Under the pieces are notes generated by a model, which was not told the origin of the DNA, ran no database searches, and was given only the letters and a program-made list of their open reading frames with translations. Below, one piece after another: positions 1 to 13,200 of a stretch of DNA of 64,000 nt. The DNA is taken from contig NC_083227.1 of NCBI RefSeq assembly GCF_032191835.1, forward strand, positions 113,150,001 to 113,214,000, given 5' to 3'. Source of the stretch: Heteronotia binoei (lineage: Eukaryota). Within the stretch, counting starts at the first letter, position 1, and each line of letters opens with the position of its first letter. The position numbers were made by a program, and so were the translations under genes.

Positions 1-421
1 ATGAGATGACTGTCAACACCAAATCAAACATTCAGCTGCTACAGTTATACCTTGAATCGCAGAGACTACTCACTTCATAAAGATTCTGAATGTGGTACTG
101 GTACCACACTTCCTAGTGTCTAACTAAATCACTGACTACTAGTTACTGTCCAACAAGTTTTTTTACTAATAAAAAAAGAACTGGCATTCTACCTTGCCTT
201 AGGGCTCCCATATAAAAAAATCTGTGCTCCAGCTCTGTCAGCTTGTGTGATGGCATGTACGGTTTTCTACATACACTGCAGAGCCTTTGAAAATCATACT
301 GATCAAATAATACTGTAGGCCCCTTCTTTTCTCTGATTTTACCACTCTGATCTCCCATTCAAAATGTTCTCATACTCATGAGCCAAGTTACAGAATAGGC
401 AAACAAAGAAGCTCAGCTAAC

Positions 422-3400
422 CTTGATAAGCAGCATCAGTAGCTTTCCTCTTCACCTCTGCCTCCTCTTCCTCCATTCTTTTTTTCCTAAAGAAATTCAG
501 CAGACTGTAAGGTTACTGAGTGCTAATTGATCCCTTCCCATCAATACTATGAGTTACATAGGTCAGAGTATTTATAAAACAATAAACTCTTGAATATAAT
601 TTGCTATAGAATCATAGAATTGGAAGGTACCTCCAGGGTCTAGTCCATCCCCCTGCACAATGCAGGAAACTCACAAACTCCTTACCCTAAATTCACAGGA
701 TCTTCATTGCTGTCAGATGGCCATCTAGCCTCTGTTTAAAAACCTCCAAGGAAGGAGAACCCACCACCTCCCTGGGGAATCGCTGTCAGGAAGTTCTTCC
801 TAATGTTGAGCTGGAAACTCTTTTGATTTAATTTCAACCCATTGGTTCTGGTCCTACCTTCTGGAGCCACAGAAAACAATTCCACAGCATCCTCTATATG
901 ACAGCCCTTCAAATACTTGAAGATGGTGATCATATCACCTCTCAGCCGCCTCCTCTCCAGACTAAACATCACCAGCTTGGTCTGGAGACCAAGTCCTTTC
1001 CTCATAGGACTTGGTCTCCAGACTGCTCATCATCTTTGTCACCCTCCTCTGGACCCGTTCCAGCTTGTCTATATCCTTTTTAAAATGTGATGCCCAAAAC
1101 TGAACACAGTACTCTAGGTGAGGTCTTACCAGAGCAGAGTAAAACGATACCATCACATCACGTGATCTGGACACTATACTGCTGTTGATACAGCCCAAAA
1201 TTGCATTTGACTTTTTAGCCACCGTATCGCAGTGTTGAGTCATGTTCAGCGTATGATCCACTAAGACCCCTAGATCCTTTTCAAACATACTACTGCTAAG
1301 ACAAGTCTCTCCCATCCTATAACCATGCATGGGATTTTTCCTACCTAAATGCAGAACTTTACATTTATCCCTGTTAAAGTTCATTTTATTAATTTTAGCT
1401 CAGTTTTCCAGCCTGTCAAGGTCATCCTGTATCCTGTTTCTGTCTTCTACTGTATTAGCAACCCCTCCCAATTTAGTATCATCAGCAAATTTAATAAGCA
1501 TTCCCTCTATTCCCTGGCGCAGAGTGTTACAGCTGCAGTACTGCAATCCTAAACTCTGCTCATGACCTGAGTTTAATCCCCGGTGGAAGCTGGGTTTTCA
1601 GGTAGCCAGCTCGAGGTTGACTCAGTCTTCCATCCTTCCAAGGTCGGTAAAATGAGTACCCAGCTTGCTGGGGGGGAAAGTGTAGATGACTGGGGAAAGC
1701 AATGGCAAACCACCCTGTAAAAAGACTGCCATGAAAACGTTGTGAAAGCAATGTTACCCCAGAGTCGGAAACGACTGGTGCTTGCACAGGGGACCTTTCC
1801 TTTCCTATTCCTTCATCCAAATAGTTTATAAAGATGCTGAACAATACAGGCCCCAAGACATGACCCAAGAAGTCATCCATGACCAAAGAAGTCAGCAGGT
1901 CAGGTATCAGAACCATTGTCTAGAAACCTTCCTCAAAGTTTTATTCCAAAGGACATGAGGGCTTGGGAGACATAGGATCTCTTCAGTCCCTCCCATCTGA
2001 GCAATACAGGCTTAGAACTACAGCAGTAGCCTAAAGAAGGATGACACAATGGTCAATTAACTGGTCTAATATTGCCAACATTCCATGAAACTAAGAATGC
2101 CACTAGGTCAGTTAATTACATATTTATTTCATTGAAATGCTCTTTGTTAGCAACAACTGCATTTTGCTGAAGAGCTATTGTAACTTTTCGTTCTTTCTGT
2201 TTTAATGTCATTAATTTTGAAACCACAGACTGACCCTGTCGCGCTAGGATAAGACACTAAAATGGAAGAACTATTCAATCATTAACATGAAAAGAAACCT
2301 TATCTAACATTGCTAATTCATTACAATTTCTTTCAAACTTGATGGACTTATTGAGAAGCAATGGCTGCATGCATACATCACTTTTAACCAGTGTTAAGAT
2401 ACAATATTCATTTTTAACTAGCATTAATAATACCTGCACCTTGCCCCGCTGCTCAATTTCTGATTCAAAAACATATTATTAGAAACTAACTTAGAATTGC
2501 AGATTATTCGGCATGAGAATGGAACTAATTCAACCTAACACATGGTCCCGTGCAACCATATGCCTCAAGTGGCATATTCTCAGGGATTCAAAGGGCAGGG
2601 GACCAGAATGGGTACAGAAGTGAGGTATGAATGGGAGCTGGGCAAACCATCATGACTTAATGCCAGCTAAGGGTGACAGTGGAACACAGCCAATAAAATT
2701 AATTTCTGTAATTGACATGAAAATCAAATATGTTATTGATTTACATGTCCATTGTTCTCAAAAAGATTATGCTTTTTAAAAATTCAAAAAGCATTTGAAA
2801 AGCCAAATGCTTAATCCTAAACCCAAGTAGAGTTCCCTTTCAGATTCAACCTTCAAGTTCAGTGGTTCCAGTGAACCCCAAGGACCAAATCCTAGAACTC
2901 AGACATGCAATCCCAGAGAGAACTGCAACAGGGAAATAATAACATAACCCACATCACAATGTCATTGTACAGTTCCTCCAGTCTGTGGTCCATGTGCCCC
3001 GCCTGGATCAGTTCTGCATCCCTCTTCAGCTGCCTGCAGGGACAACACAAACAGAAGTCACATTCTATGTCATTAGTAATCCATCATGAAGCAGCCAAGT
3101 AGTTCAAGAACTGTCTACGTTATGACTTATCAGGTAGATACCTGTACTTCTCTTGTGCCTCCTTAATCATCTTCTTCAGCTCCTCAACCCGTTCTGCTGT
3201 TAGTTTTCTCACAATAACATCTTCCACAGTTTCCACCACTTCTCCTTTCTCACCACGCTTTCTTCTACACCAAAAAGAAGGGAAAATAATCTAGGGACCA
3301 TAACAGTGATAACCAGTCTTGCTAGATACAGTAGCTTTTCTCCTCCCTAAGCCCATCACCCTGCTGTTCACACCCATGACTTGTTCTCCTTTTTAGTTTT

Positions 3401-6400
3401 CTGCAGCTCACAGGAACTATTATATGAAGAGATCAGTTTATACTTAAGCTTATTTATTTTCTCTAATTTACATCCTGTCCTCCCTGAAAAATGGGCTCAA
3501 GGCAGCCTACAAGTCACATAACATTGTGATAAGAATAGAATAGGGTTTAAAATCCAAACAGTTGAGGTTTAAAATCTGTAATTAAAACCAAAATAAAGAT
3601 GCCACAATAGTAACATACAAATAAAACAAAAAACATCTGAGCAGAATCACAGGATGTTGGGTTCTCAGGCATACAGCTAAATTGACAGCAGGGGTGGCCA
3701 AAAGTCAGACGTTTGGGGGCCCAACTGCCTCAACTGAAAGCCCAGCAAAACAGTTCCATTTTGCAGGTCCTGCAGAATTGCAAAAATTCCCACAGGTCCT
3801 GATCTCAAGTGGGAGCTTGTTCCACCAGGCTGGGGCTGAAAAAGCCCTGGCTCTAACTGAGGCTAGTTGGAAGTGCTTCAGGCCAGGGATAACCAGAAGG
3901 TGTTGATCAACTGAGTGTAAAGCTCTGTAGAACACAAACAGGAAGAGATGGTGCCTGAGATATGCAGGTCCCTGGCTGCATAGGGCTTTAAGACAGTGCT
4001 AGAACCTTGAACCGGATCTGGTACTCTATAGTCCATCAGTGCAGTTGGAAGAACACCAGCAGAATGCCCACACAGGCATCCCCGTCAGCACATATACTGC
4101 CGCATTCTGCACCAGCTGCCATTTCTGGGTCAAGCCTGAATGTGACCACTGTGTGAACCACTGTAGCATGGTTCTGGGGATAGGGAGCCAGTTGCTTGAC
4201 AAGCCAAAAATGATAAAACACTGATTTTGCAACTGTGCTAACTTAGACCTCCATAGAAAGGGAGGGATCCAGGATGACCGCAGGTTCTTCACCCTCGCCA
4301 CTGGCACCAAAGATGCTTCATCAAGGGTTGGAGTCAGATTCCCAATCCCAAGTCCCCATGACCCAGGGTACAGGACCTCCGTCTTCATTGGATTGCGTTT
4401 CAGCTGGCTCTGTTTGAGCCAATCTGCCACAGCTTGCAATGCCCCCAGCCAGCACCTCTGGGGCAGAGTGTGGCCATCCATCCATCAGCAGACAGAGCTG
4501 GGTATCATCAGCATATTGATGACAACCCAGCCTGGACCAAGTGGGTGCATATAGATGTAGAATAACATCAGGGAGAGGACTGATCCCTGTGACACACCAC
4601 ATTCCAGTGGGTGCTGTTAGGACAACTCCTCTCCAAGCACCAACCTTTGTCCCTGACCATAAAGGAAGAAGGAGAGCCATTGTGGGTTGGTCCCCCATAT
4701 CCCAATGTAGGTGACGTGGTGGGTTAAAAGATCATACTGGACTGGGTCAAATGCTGCTGTTAGGTCAAGAAGCAGCAGCAGTGCCAACCCACCTCAATCC
4801 AGATGTCTCTGGAGGTCATCTGTGAGGGTGACCAGTGTGGTCTCCATCCTATGGCCTGGGCAAAAGTCAGAATGGAATGGGTCTAGGATAGCAGCTTCAT
4901 CCAAGAAAGCCTGGTATTCAGCTACAGCTCTTAGAGCACATCCCTATATGCCCAATTACTTTAAAGTAAGTCCTATTGATTTCAGTAGTATCTATTCTCA
5001 AGTCAGTTTGATGTAGTGGTTAAGTGCATGGACTCTTATCTGGGAGAACCGTGTTTGATTCCCTGCTCCTCCACTTGCACCTGCTGGAATGGCCTTGTGT
5101 CAGTCATAGCTCTCGTAGGAGTTGTCCTTGAAAGGGCAGCTTCTGGGAGAGCTCTCTCAGCCCCACCCACCTCACAGGGTGCCTGTTGTGGGGGAAGGCG
5201 ATAAAGGAGATTGCAAGCCTCTCTGAGACTCTGATTCAGAGAGAAGGGCAGGGTATAAATCTGCCATCTTCTTCTTAAAAAAGAAGTCACCATGCCTAGG
5301 ATCCCTGCTTTAATCAGCCACTCTGAAATGTTATACTGAATGGTGGAAACAATGCCACAGACATTTCAAGAGGCCTGCTTCCCCAATCATTGTAAAAATG
5401 TAACAAACAAACAACACACAATTCTATCACAAGGCAAAACTCAACACACACAAGAAACCTTTGCAACTTTAGGTTTCCTCGTTCTTTCTTGAAGCATGTG
5501 CCTAGATTCACCTCCCAGTACAGGTTATATGTATCTGAGTAATCACCACACTTGCTTCAGAACTGTAGCTGGATATTGTCTAGGTGAGCTGGGAATTGCC
5601 TTGAAAAAAATCACATTAGCTGCCAATTCTTATATAATCACTTCCATAAGACGGCTGACCACAACCAGTTTCAATCCCCAGTATTCATATACATATGTAT
5701 CTTGGAAGTCTTGGAAATGTTACTGTGATAGCCATATCAGAACTTACAAATAATCAGGACATTACAAAATGTTCCTAAGAAAAGCTAGCAGCAATTCTGA
5801 AGGCCATGTATCCCCAATGTAGAGTCTACAGCATGGTATAGTTACTAATCAAACTATACACTGGGAGTGTTTCTATAGGTTCCAGCTACTAATCCATTCT
5901 CTCTTCCTTCCAACACAATTCTGGGTTTTGATTCCCTCCCTCCTCTGGCTGAGAGTGGCATGTACTCTCAATAAACATGGAATCCACTTTTGAAATAAGA
6001 TGTCCCAGTAGAAATGTGGGTGGATGCACAAAATATTAACACACACAATTTTTACAAACAAATGAAAGCGGGAGGGTTGTAAAGCGTACTGTTGTCTATG
6101 AGACAAAGTGAGTAAACAATATGATTCCGATTACAACATAACTGCAAGGAGTATGAAAGGAAGAAAAAGAATACCAGACACACTAGCTGCAAAAGGAATC
6201 ACCAACTTGTACCTTTTGTAATAATTATAAGCTGATGACAGTATGCCACAGCAACTGTTAGAGCAACTGAAGATTCTTCAAACACATATTGGCAGAAAGA
6301 GCCTTAAGCTCCACAAGGTCATCATAATGGAACAAAATGGAGGGGGCAGTGCAATAGCTAGTATAAGAAAACTGCCCAAACACAATGAAACCAACAAGTT

Positions 6401-9400
6401 AGAAGTAGAGGAGAGGGAGACAGGTTGTAACTAAATGTATGTCATCATACATGAAAAAGATGGTCTGGAAGCATGTTTCATCTTCCATGTCCAAGATGCC
6501 ATTCCAGCTCTAAAACATTTGTTAAAGCAAAGTATCTTCCTTACATTTTCAGCCCTGGCTCGCTTATACAGAAAAGGAAAACAAACAAACATCATATGAT
6601 TTGGCCTTTGCACTCACTTAGGTGTCTCTGTTGTCTCCAGGAGCTCAGAATACTGGGATGCACAGTGCTAGAAAAACACATACAATTCTCAGAGAACATT
6701 ACATGACAGATACTTCCACGCATCTTCATACTCTGTAGGGTGCATGTGGGGGCTCGGTAGTAGGAAATTTTAGGAAGTCATTTTAGGAACTGTAAGTAGG
6801 GATAGCCTGAAGAGTTTCTTCACTCTATAAATGGGAGTGGGGCTGCAGCTGGCAACAATTCTATTGGTAGAAAGGCCCAATTTCTACATGGTGCACTGCT
6901 CACAGAAGCTAGTCTGAAGTGAGAGAAAAAATACTCACTCCACAGAAATTCAGATGTATCCTCTGCACATCTAATTTACATTTAGGTCACTCACAGTGCA
7001 ATCCTATGTGGTTTAAGTCCACTGAATTCTGCATGGGAAATCTGCAGATAGTTCTGCAAAGGACTGCATGGTCAATGAGGGACTGTGTGGAATCAAGCTT
7101 CTTACTCTGGCTGCTGGAAGAATAGACTCCATTTGTCCATTTTCCAATATGACTGACAGTGACTCCCTCTGAAATGCACCTCCCTCTACAAGTGTAGACA
7201 TACAAGTTTTTTTCAGTGATAAGTCACATGATCTATGAGGCTCTGCATTGAGAACCTGTTTCCAATCTTACCCACTAAATAACACCAACGAGCTTAGCAT
7301 ACAAATATTGAATGTGTCTCAGGCATGAATTAAGTGTATTAGGGCTTTATTCATACTTGTTTTACTTCTGTCAGTAATTCTTCTTAATGCCCCAGTTTTC
7401 TGATGTAATTGTAGGAGAATACAAGTAAAAACATTTCACTAAAAATCCCCGGCAGGTTATATTCAGCCTGTGGGCTGCATGTTAGACACCTGTGCCGTGT
7501 AGGAAGGACCTGGTGAGTCCTCAGTCTGACACACTACTTATTGTACCTACTGAAAGGAAGGGTTTAATAAGACCTAGAGATGTAAAAATTTAAACCATCG
7601 GAAAAAGACATTTTCGGGGGGGGGGGGGAGTTTGGGGAAAATGAACTATATGTAAAATTAACTTTCTAATCAAATTTAACTTTTTACTGATAGAACAACA
7701 TAAACAGGACTTATAAAAATCCATGTTTATAAAAAATTGTACTACCTCAGCACTCCCCCAAATGTCCCAGTTCTTCCACTGAAAAAACTGAGAAAGCCTA
7801 GATCTTTTTGTGCTGTACATTTGGAAAGAGTGAAATGTTCTGTATGATTAGATTTTCCTCACTCAAAAAGAGGAAATATTTTGAAGGAGTTTTCAGTGCT
7901 CCCTCAGATTTTCCATTGGAAGAAGGGAAAAAGCCAACAACTTTTCAGGTGAAGATTCTTCACATCTCTAACATCTAGCTCAGCATGGAAACAGGTCCAC
8001 ACAATGAGTTCTTGGGCAAATGTTTCTCAATAATGAAATGAAAGACCATTCTGTGCAACAGGGAAATTCAAGCATCATACCTTCTGAGAAAACCAATCAG
8101 GTGGGCGGCCTGGCTCTGCAAAGGGTTTGATGGCTCTGCTGACAGACACCCTGTAGGAGAAAAAAAGGCAGAATTAAGATTTGCCTTCCTTTTGCTGGAA
8201 AGATATAGCAGTGAAAAGCACATGTTGGATTCATTTAGAATATCTAAATTAGTGTGAATAATCAGCAACATTCAGACAAATATGTAAATGCATATCAACT
8301 CCTCAATAAGACAGTTTCACTTAGCAGGTTTTCCCCCTTCAATTGCTATCAATACCACTAATTCAACTAATCAAGTCCAGCCTACATACAGGCAAAATGA
8401 TATCCATTCAAGTATTTCCTAGGACACCACCTGGAAGACCACACAGCAACAAGTTCTCACTAGCATCAGCAACATGCGTCTCACCAGTTCTGGTCCCCAC
8501 TCCGCATGACAGAAGAAGCCAAGCACAGTTTCTCCCGGATAGACCATGGTTCTGTAGGTCCAGCACTCAGCAGCTTGTGCTCTGACAGGGGGGAAAAAAA
8601 CAGCAGTGTTGCAACCTAATCACATACCCCAGAAAAGGATTATTCTTCAGTACCACCCCATCTAACCTCAGTTCATGCCACCTCCCAATCTCAATGGTCA
8701 CTTCCTAAGGCATTTTTCACACATTTGAGAACAAGGCAGAAGAATATGGAGGTGACAGAGCTAAAGCTGCAGATGCGAAATCTGCATTTCCCTATGTTAA
8801 AAATTCACTGCAAATAGAAAAGCAGCACAGCATGCAAAGTTGTGTAGTAGAACTGTTCTCTTAGCTATGCTAATAATCTGTTTGCAGTTTTCCCATGCAA
8901 AGAGATAATGTCAACTAGAATCCACTACCACTAATCTGGAGGAAGGTGGTCCATTCTACCATCTTGTTCTCATGCATCTGTGAACCAAGCCAAGGTCTCT
9001 GCAGGCTCCATTCTCTATCCTTTTGAAATTACCTCCCTATGGAGGAACACTAAAGGTGCGATCACATGAGAGATTTGGCCTGACCCAGCCACGACTCCCA
9101 TCCAGATCTAATATGCACAATCACATGCATACATTTGCCCCCCCACCCCGTTCCTACCTCATTTTAGGACGGGCTGGAACTGGATTAAATAGTTTCTGGG
9201 AACTTCCGCTAAAGCATATGTAGGGCATGTTTCCCGGTTGTCTGAACAGCTAGGTGCGCAATGCACCTGCCTCTCACATGCATGAGTAGTCTGAATGGTC
9301 CTCTTGCATGTGTGTGGTCACTGCCTCTACTGGCAGCAGGGTGAGGGTTGTGTGAATGATGTGGCACAGATCAAAGAAAACTGGCTTTTTCAGAGCTGAG

Positions 9401-9964
9401 ATATTGCCATCCCAAATCTCTTGTGTGATCCCACCCTAAGAATGTTGGAATAGTCCATTTTCGTATCAACTTAAAAAATAATAAAATAATAACACTTCTC
9501 AAAACACTTGTGGACATACCAGTTCACAAAGATTTGCATTTTTGTAAAAAAAAAAAAAAAGCAAAGACCCTGCACCAACAAAAGGTGTCTGACAAACAAC
9601 TAATTCAAACAGTTGTATTCAAACAACTAATCTTTGCTCTGCATGGAGATACAGGGAATCAAAAGGCCAAGCCTATCTTGTTTCATAAATGAATGAAGCT
9701 ACCCTACACTGAGCACTGGTTTACCAAGATCAGACGTTGTCTACTCTGATTGGCCAGTAGCTCTCCAAGATGCCAGATGAAAAAATTTCAGGTCATGTTT
9801 TGCCTGAAAATTCGGACTGAACCTTACATCCTTTGTCATGGCTATCATAAACACAAAAGTGTTAACTTTTTTTTTTTTGCGGTCTTTTACTCTGATAAAA
9901 CCCCACCCACCCATCCATCCACCCCCAAGAAAGCCCCTCACTCACTACCCGTCCCAGCCGCCAT
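422..9964 (-). CDS. BRD8: Bromodomain-containing protein 8 (NuA4/TIP60 subunit), 5' part, coding exons 1-7; gene continues beyond the left edge
   Basis: Exons (minus): 9964-9946, 8581-8485, 8150-8081, 6667-6618, 3264-3142, 3033-2953, 486-422, all GT-AG with consistent phases. Spliced translation MAAGTGKHKLLSAGPTEPWSIREKLCLASSVMRSGDQNWVSVSRAIKPFAEPGRPPDWFSQKHCASQYSELLETTETPKRKRGEKGEVVETVEDVIVRKLTAERVEELKKMIKEAQEKYRQLKRDAELIQAGHMDHRLEELYNDIVMKKRMEEEEAEVKRKATDAAYQ matches the BRD8 N-terminus as recalled. Confidence 0.96.
606..1860 (-). mobile_element. CR1 LINE, 5'-truncated 3' fragment, interrupted by a Sauria SINE
   Basis: RT C-terminal peptides (HLEYCVQFW...[13 protein letters not shown]; LERRRLRGDMITIFKYLKG) and the CR1 3' tail (ctatgattct) on minus. 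Confidence 0.9.
1514..1804 (+). mobile_element. Sauria-type SINE inserted in CR1, 7-bp TSD CTATTCC
   Basis: Typical body (aggttgactcagtcttccatccttccaaggtcggtaaaatgagtacccagc...gcaatggcaaaccacc) and (cctttc)n tail. CTATTCC at 1507-1513 and 1805-1811. Confidence 0.8.
3450..4925 (-). mobile_element. L2-clade LINE fragment (degraded RT and 3' tail) in BRD8 intron 4
   Basis: Peptides [29 protein letters not shown]; L2 tail with an (ataa)n end on minus near 3450. Confidence 0.85.
5001..5277 (+). mobile_element. tRNA-derived SINE, Squam3-like (long gecko-type form)
   Basis: Box A (tgtagtggttaag), box B (gtttgattccc), core ctctctcagccccacccacctcacagggtg, (tct)n tail. Confidence 0.8.
9052..9437. mobile_element. 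MITE with ~30-bp imperfect terminal inverted repeats (Harbinger-like)
   Basis: Left aaggtgcgatcacatgagagatttgg pairs with right ccaaatctcttgtgtgatcccaccct. Confidence 0.5.
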
Positions 9965-10211
9965 TTTCCAGACGAAACAATCAGGCACGGTGCTTGCTGG
10001 GAAACAGGCTATTATGCCTATACCGCCTCCTTCCGGCTGAATAGTGGGTGGTACTTTGTTCTCAAAATCGCTTTCTTATTGGTTGTTTGAGAAGAAAAGC
10101 CCTTGATTCCGCTCGTCTATGGTATTTTTTCACCCAGAGTTCTTTGGTGTGACCCGGTACCGGAAGTGCGGCTGAGAAGGCGCGTGGGTCTGTAGTTCTT
10201 CTCTTGCAGTC
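9965..10211. promoter_or_regulatory. Bidirectional CpG-rich promoter shared by BRD8 and NHP2
   Basis: Divergent ATGs at 9964 (-) and 10212 (+). CpG-rich. ETS/GABP-type ACCGGAAGTG at 10159-10168 and CCGGAAGG (minus) near 10030-10036. YY1-type CCGCCATTTT at 9958-9967 overlaps the BRD8 start codon. Confidence 0.85.
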
Positions 10212-13200
10212 ATGGGCCGAAGCAAGCATCAGGAATCTGGGGAAGAGCCGGAGGCAGCCCCGGAACGGTCTTACCAGGAGCTGGTGGAGAATGTGAATGC
10301 GATTTCGCGGCCGCTGGCTTCTCGTAAGCTCACGCGCAGGTTGTACAAGTGCGTCAAGAAAGGTGCGGGGCAGTCCAAGGAAGGACGTGGAAAGGCTGCT
10401 GTCAGGAATGGGAATAAGGCGAGGGTGGAAAGAGCTCGTTTTCGGGGCTCTCAAGCCTCTGAGGTTTCGCGCTAAATCTCTCCCATTTGGTTTATAGCGG
10501 CGAAGCATAAACAAATCCGACGGGGCGTGAAAGAGGTCCAGAAGTTCATCAACAAAGGCGAGAAGGGGTAAGGGCGTGTATTGATTCCGAGGACATTTTC
10601 TACCTGTCTCTTAGGTTTACAAAATATGACGAGTAGCTGTGTTAGTCTGTTGCAGCAAAATAAACAGGAGTCCAGCAGCACCTTCAAAACTAACAGAATT
10701 TGTCCCAGAATAAGCTTTCTGAGCCAGAGTGCACTTCATCATGTTCATTTGATATAGTTATTCCATTAGGTAGTTTGTTCATTTTATCAAGGGATTTCTG
10801 ACACATAAGTTTATGGTGGAATAATTTTCCTTTATTCGTTTGGTCTTTTCATTTATTTTGTCCCTTCTCAAGACCCATTCTTTGTCTCAACATTTTTGGC
10901 CCAACAATTTGAAGCCAAACTATGGAAGACTGTGATCATCTCAAAGCCAGAAGAACCAAGCAGGAAACAAAATTTTCAAGTACACTGGGGCCTGATTTAA
11001 ATTTGGACCATAACATGGGGTGGGGGGCATTAGCCCCAGCCCAGCAGTGGGGCAAATAACATCCCTAGGACTGTTTCAGGCTGGGAAAATGGAACCCCAG
11101 CCTGGCTTGTGCCAAAACATCTCAGAGAGTCTGGCTTTTGTTATGTACTCTACTGAAACTAAGAGTGCAATTCTCCAGTCTTAAGTCCATTGATTTTAGG
11201 GGGAGTAGCTTTGTTTAGGATTCCATTGTAAGTTTACGTATGTATAACTGGAATTTTTACTGTTCCTGGTTGTCGTTACCTCTTCCGTCCTGTGCAGTCC
11301 CTATTTATGCTACCTTCTATACTATAAACTCCTCAGGGCATTGATCTGTCTTCTTGCATATTGATGCTGATATATAATTATGCATAGGGAAAACACTTAA
11401 AGCAATAGTCCAGGTACACTATCTTATTGCCAAACTCATTGCCTCTTTTCTCTTTTCTTTTTAAAAGGATCACAGTCCTTGCAGGAGACACATTACCTAT
11501 TGATGTTTATTCTCACATCCCTATCATGTGCGAAGACAGGAACCTTCCATATGTCTATATCCCTTCCAAAACGGTACTTTAGAATTTACACTATCAGAAA
11601 GGGAGTTGTTAAATTTCTTTCCTGCAGCTCTAAGTGGAGACTGACTGTGGAAGTGGGAGGTTGCAGAGGTTCTAGGAAACTGTTAATCTTTGGTCACTTT
11701 GTTCTCTCCTGGTCTGGAAGTACATGTATTTCCAATTAGCCCCATCTGCCAGTTTTGAACAAGTTCAAGCATTCATTTATGTAAGACTTTGTACTTTCTC
11801 CTGTATTTGATAGACATTACGTCACCAACAATCTCACTGAATTAATATAATGGAAATCAGAAACCTGCCATCTTGGACTTTTAATGGATTGTTGATATGT
11901 ATGGAAATGTTTTATTATATTTATTTTAATAGTCTATGTTAATTATTGTTTTTAACTGTTGTTAGCCGCCCTGAGCCCGTCAGGGGAGGGTGGGATATAA
12001 ACATAATAAATAAATTTAATCAGGTTTTCCCCCTCCTTTATTAGATTGCTGTATATGGACAGCCATGGATTAAAAATGCACCACTGATATGGGGTTAAAC
12101 TGTGGGCAAACTGCACTGCAAAATGTTTTTGCACTCTTCCAAACACGGAAAACCCACCCACAGCAAATGAAAACTAGGAAATATTTGAATATATTATGTA
12201 TTTAGGCCATGGGTCATTACAGTATAAACAGCAACAAAAAAATACACAAAATGTGTAGGAGCAGATGTCCCAGGGTATAGCTGGAAGGCACATGATAATA
12301 GCACCTTTGCTGAAGTTAGGCACATCTGCTTAGTGCTTGGAGAGGGTTTCTAAGTAGACTCCTGTAAGCAAACTTCAGCTCCATTACAGGAAAAAAGATG
12401 AAATAGAGCCGGTGTGGTATAACAACTAGAGGAGTGTCAGACTAAATTTTGAATTTCCATTCTACCATGGAAACTTGCTGTGTGATTTTTGGCCACTGAA
12501 TCTCTCAGTAGAGTTGCTGGGGGGATAAAAATGGAAGAGAGGACAATTATATAAGCCACTGTGGTCTATGTTGTGGGAAAAGGTGAATCGAGTTAATACA
12601 AATGTAGTGATCCTACAACATATCAGACTAGCAGAATAACTGTAGTATGACAAACTGTCTCCTCTTAAGTAATAACATTGGGGTTGAGCAGCTGATTAGA
12701 AACTGTTTAAAACTAGACCCTAAGTTCTTCCCTGATGTAGATTCAAGTACAAATCAGCAAAGAAGAGATGACCAAGGATCTTTAGTACTAGATCTTGTCT
12801 ACAGATAACTTTGTTTAAACTGTGTTACTGCCTGGTAGCACAAAGCTGTGCAAGTCCTTCTCAGATTGCCTGTATTTAAATCAGGCAGGTTATCTTCACA
12901 GTAACGCTGCTGTTCACCAAGAGGCAGCCATAGTCAGAATCTCAAAATCCTGTACCAAGGAAGGCAATCTTGCCTTACTGTATTATAAGCTTGGATTGTC
13001 ATCTTTAAAAAATAAGTACACATTAACCCTCTTATTGGTACGCTATTGCTGAAATCTCTTATTTCTTTTATTTGCTCATTCTCATGAGTTCTGTATTACA
13101 ACCGCTGTGAGGTTGACCTGCATCCTGACACTAATATTTTGAAACATCCACTTAACATGCATCTCAGTGTGACCATATTGTACATGTGAACAGGCCTGTA

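Noticed and set aside
1-421. BRD8 exon 8
   Set aside because: No segment encoding the expected ARQAVKTPPRR-like peptide was found; it probably lies left of the window.
3134-3141. BRD8 intron 5 donor GTATCTAC as a U12-type intron
   Set aside because: Does not match the U12 consensus GTATCCTT beyond five bases, and no U12 branch point was seen.
5001-5075. tRNA gene
   Set aside because: tRNA-like A and B boxes belong to a SINE head; no complete cloverleaf.
5322-5405. Possible C/D snoRNA on minus (ATGATT...CTGA)
   Set aside because: Imperfect C box, no terminal stem and no recognisable rRNA guide.
10062-10514. 150-aa antisense ORF over NHP2 exons 1-2
   Set aside because: GC-rich CpG island and antisense to coding exons; no recognisable homology.
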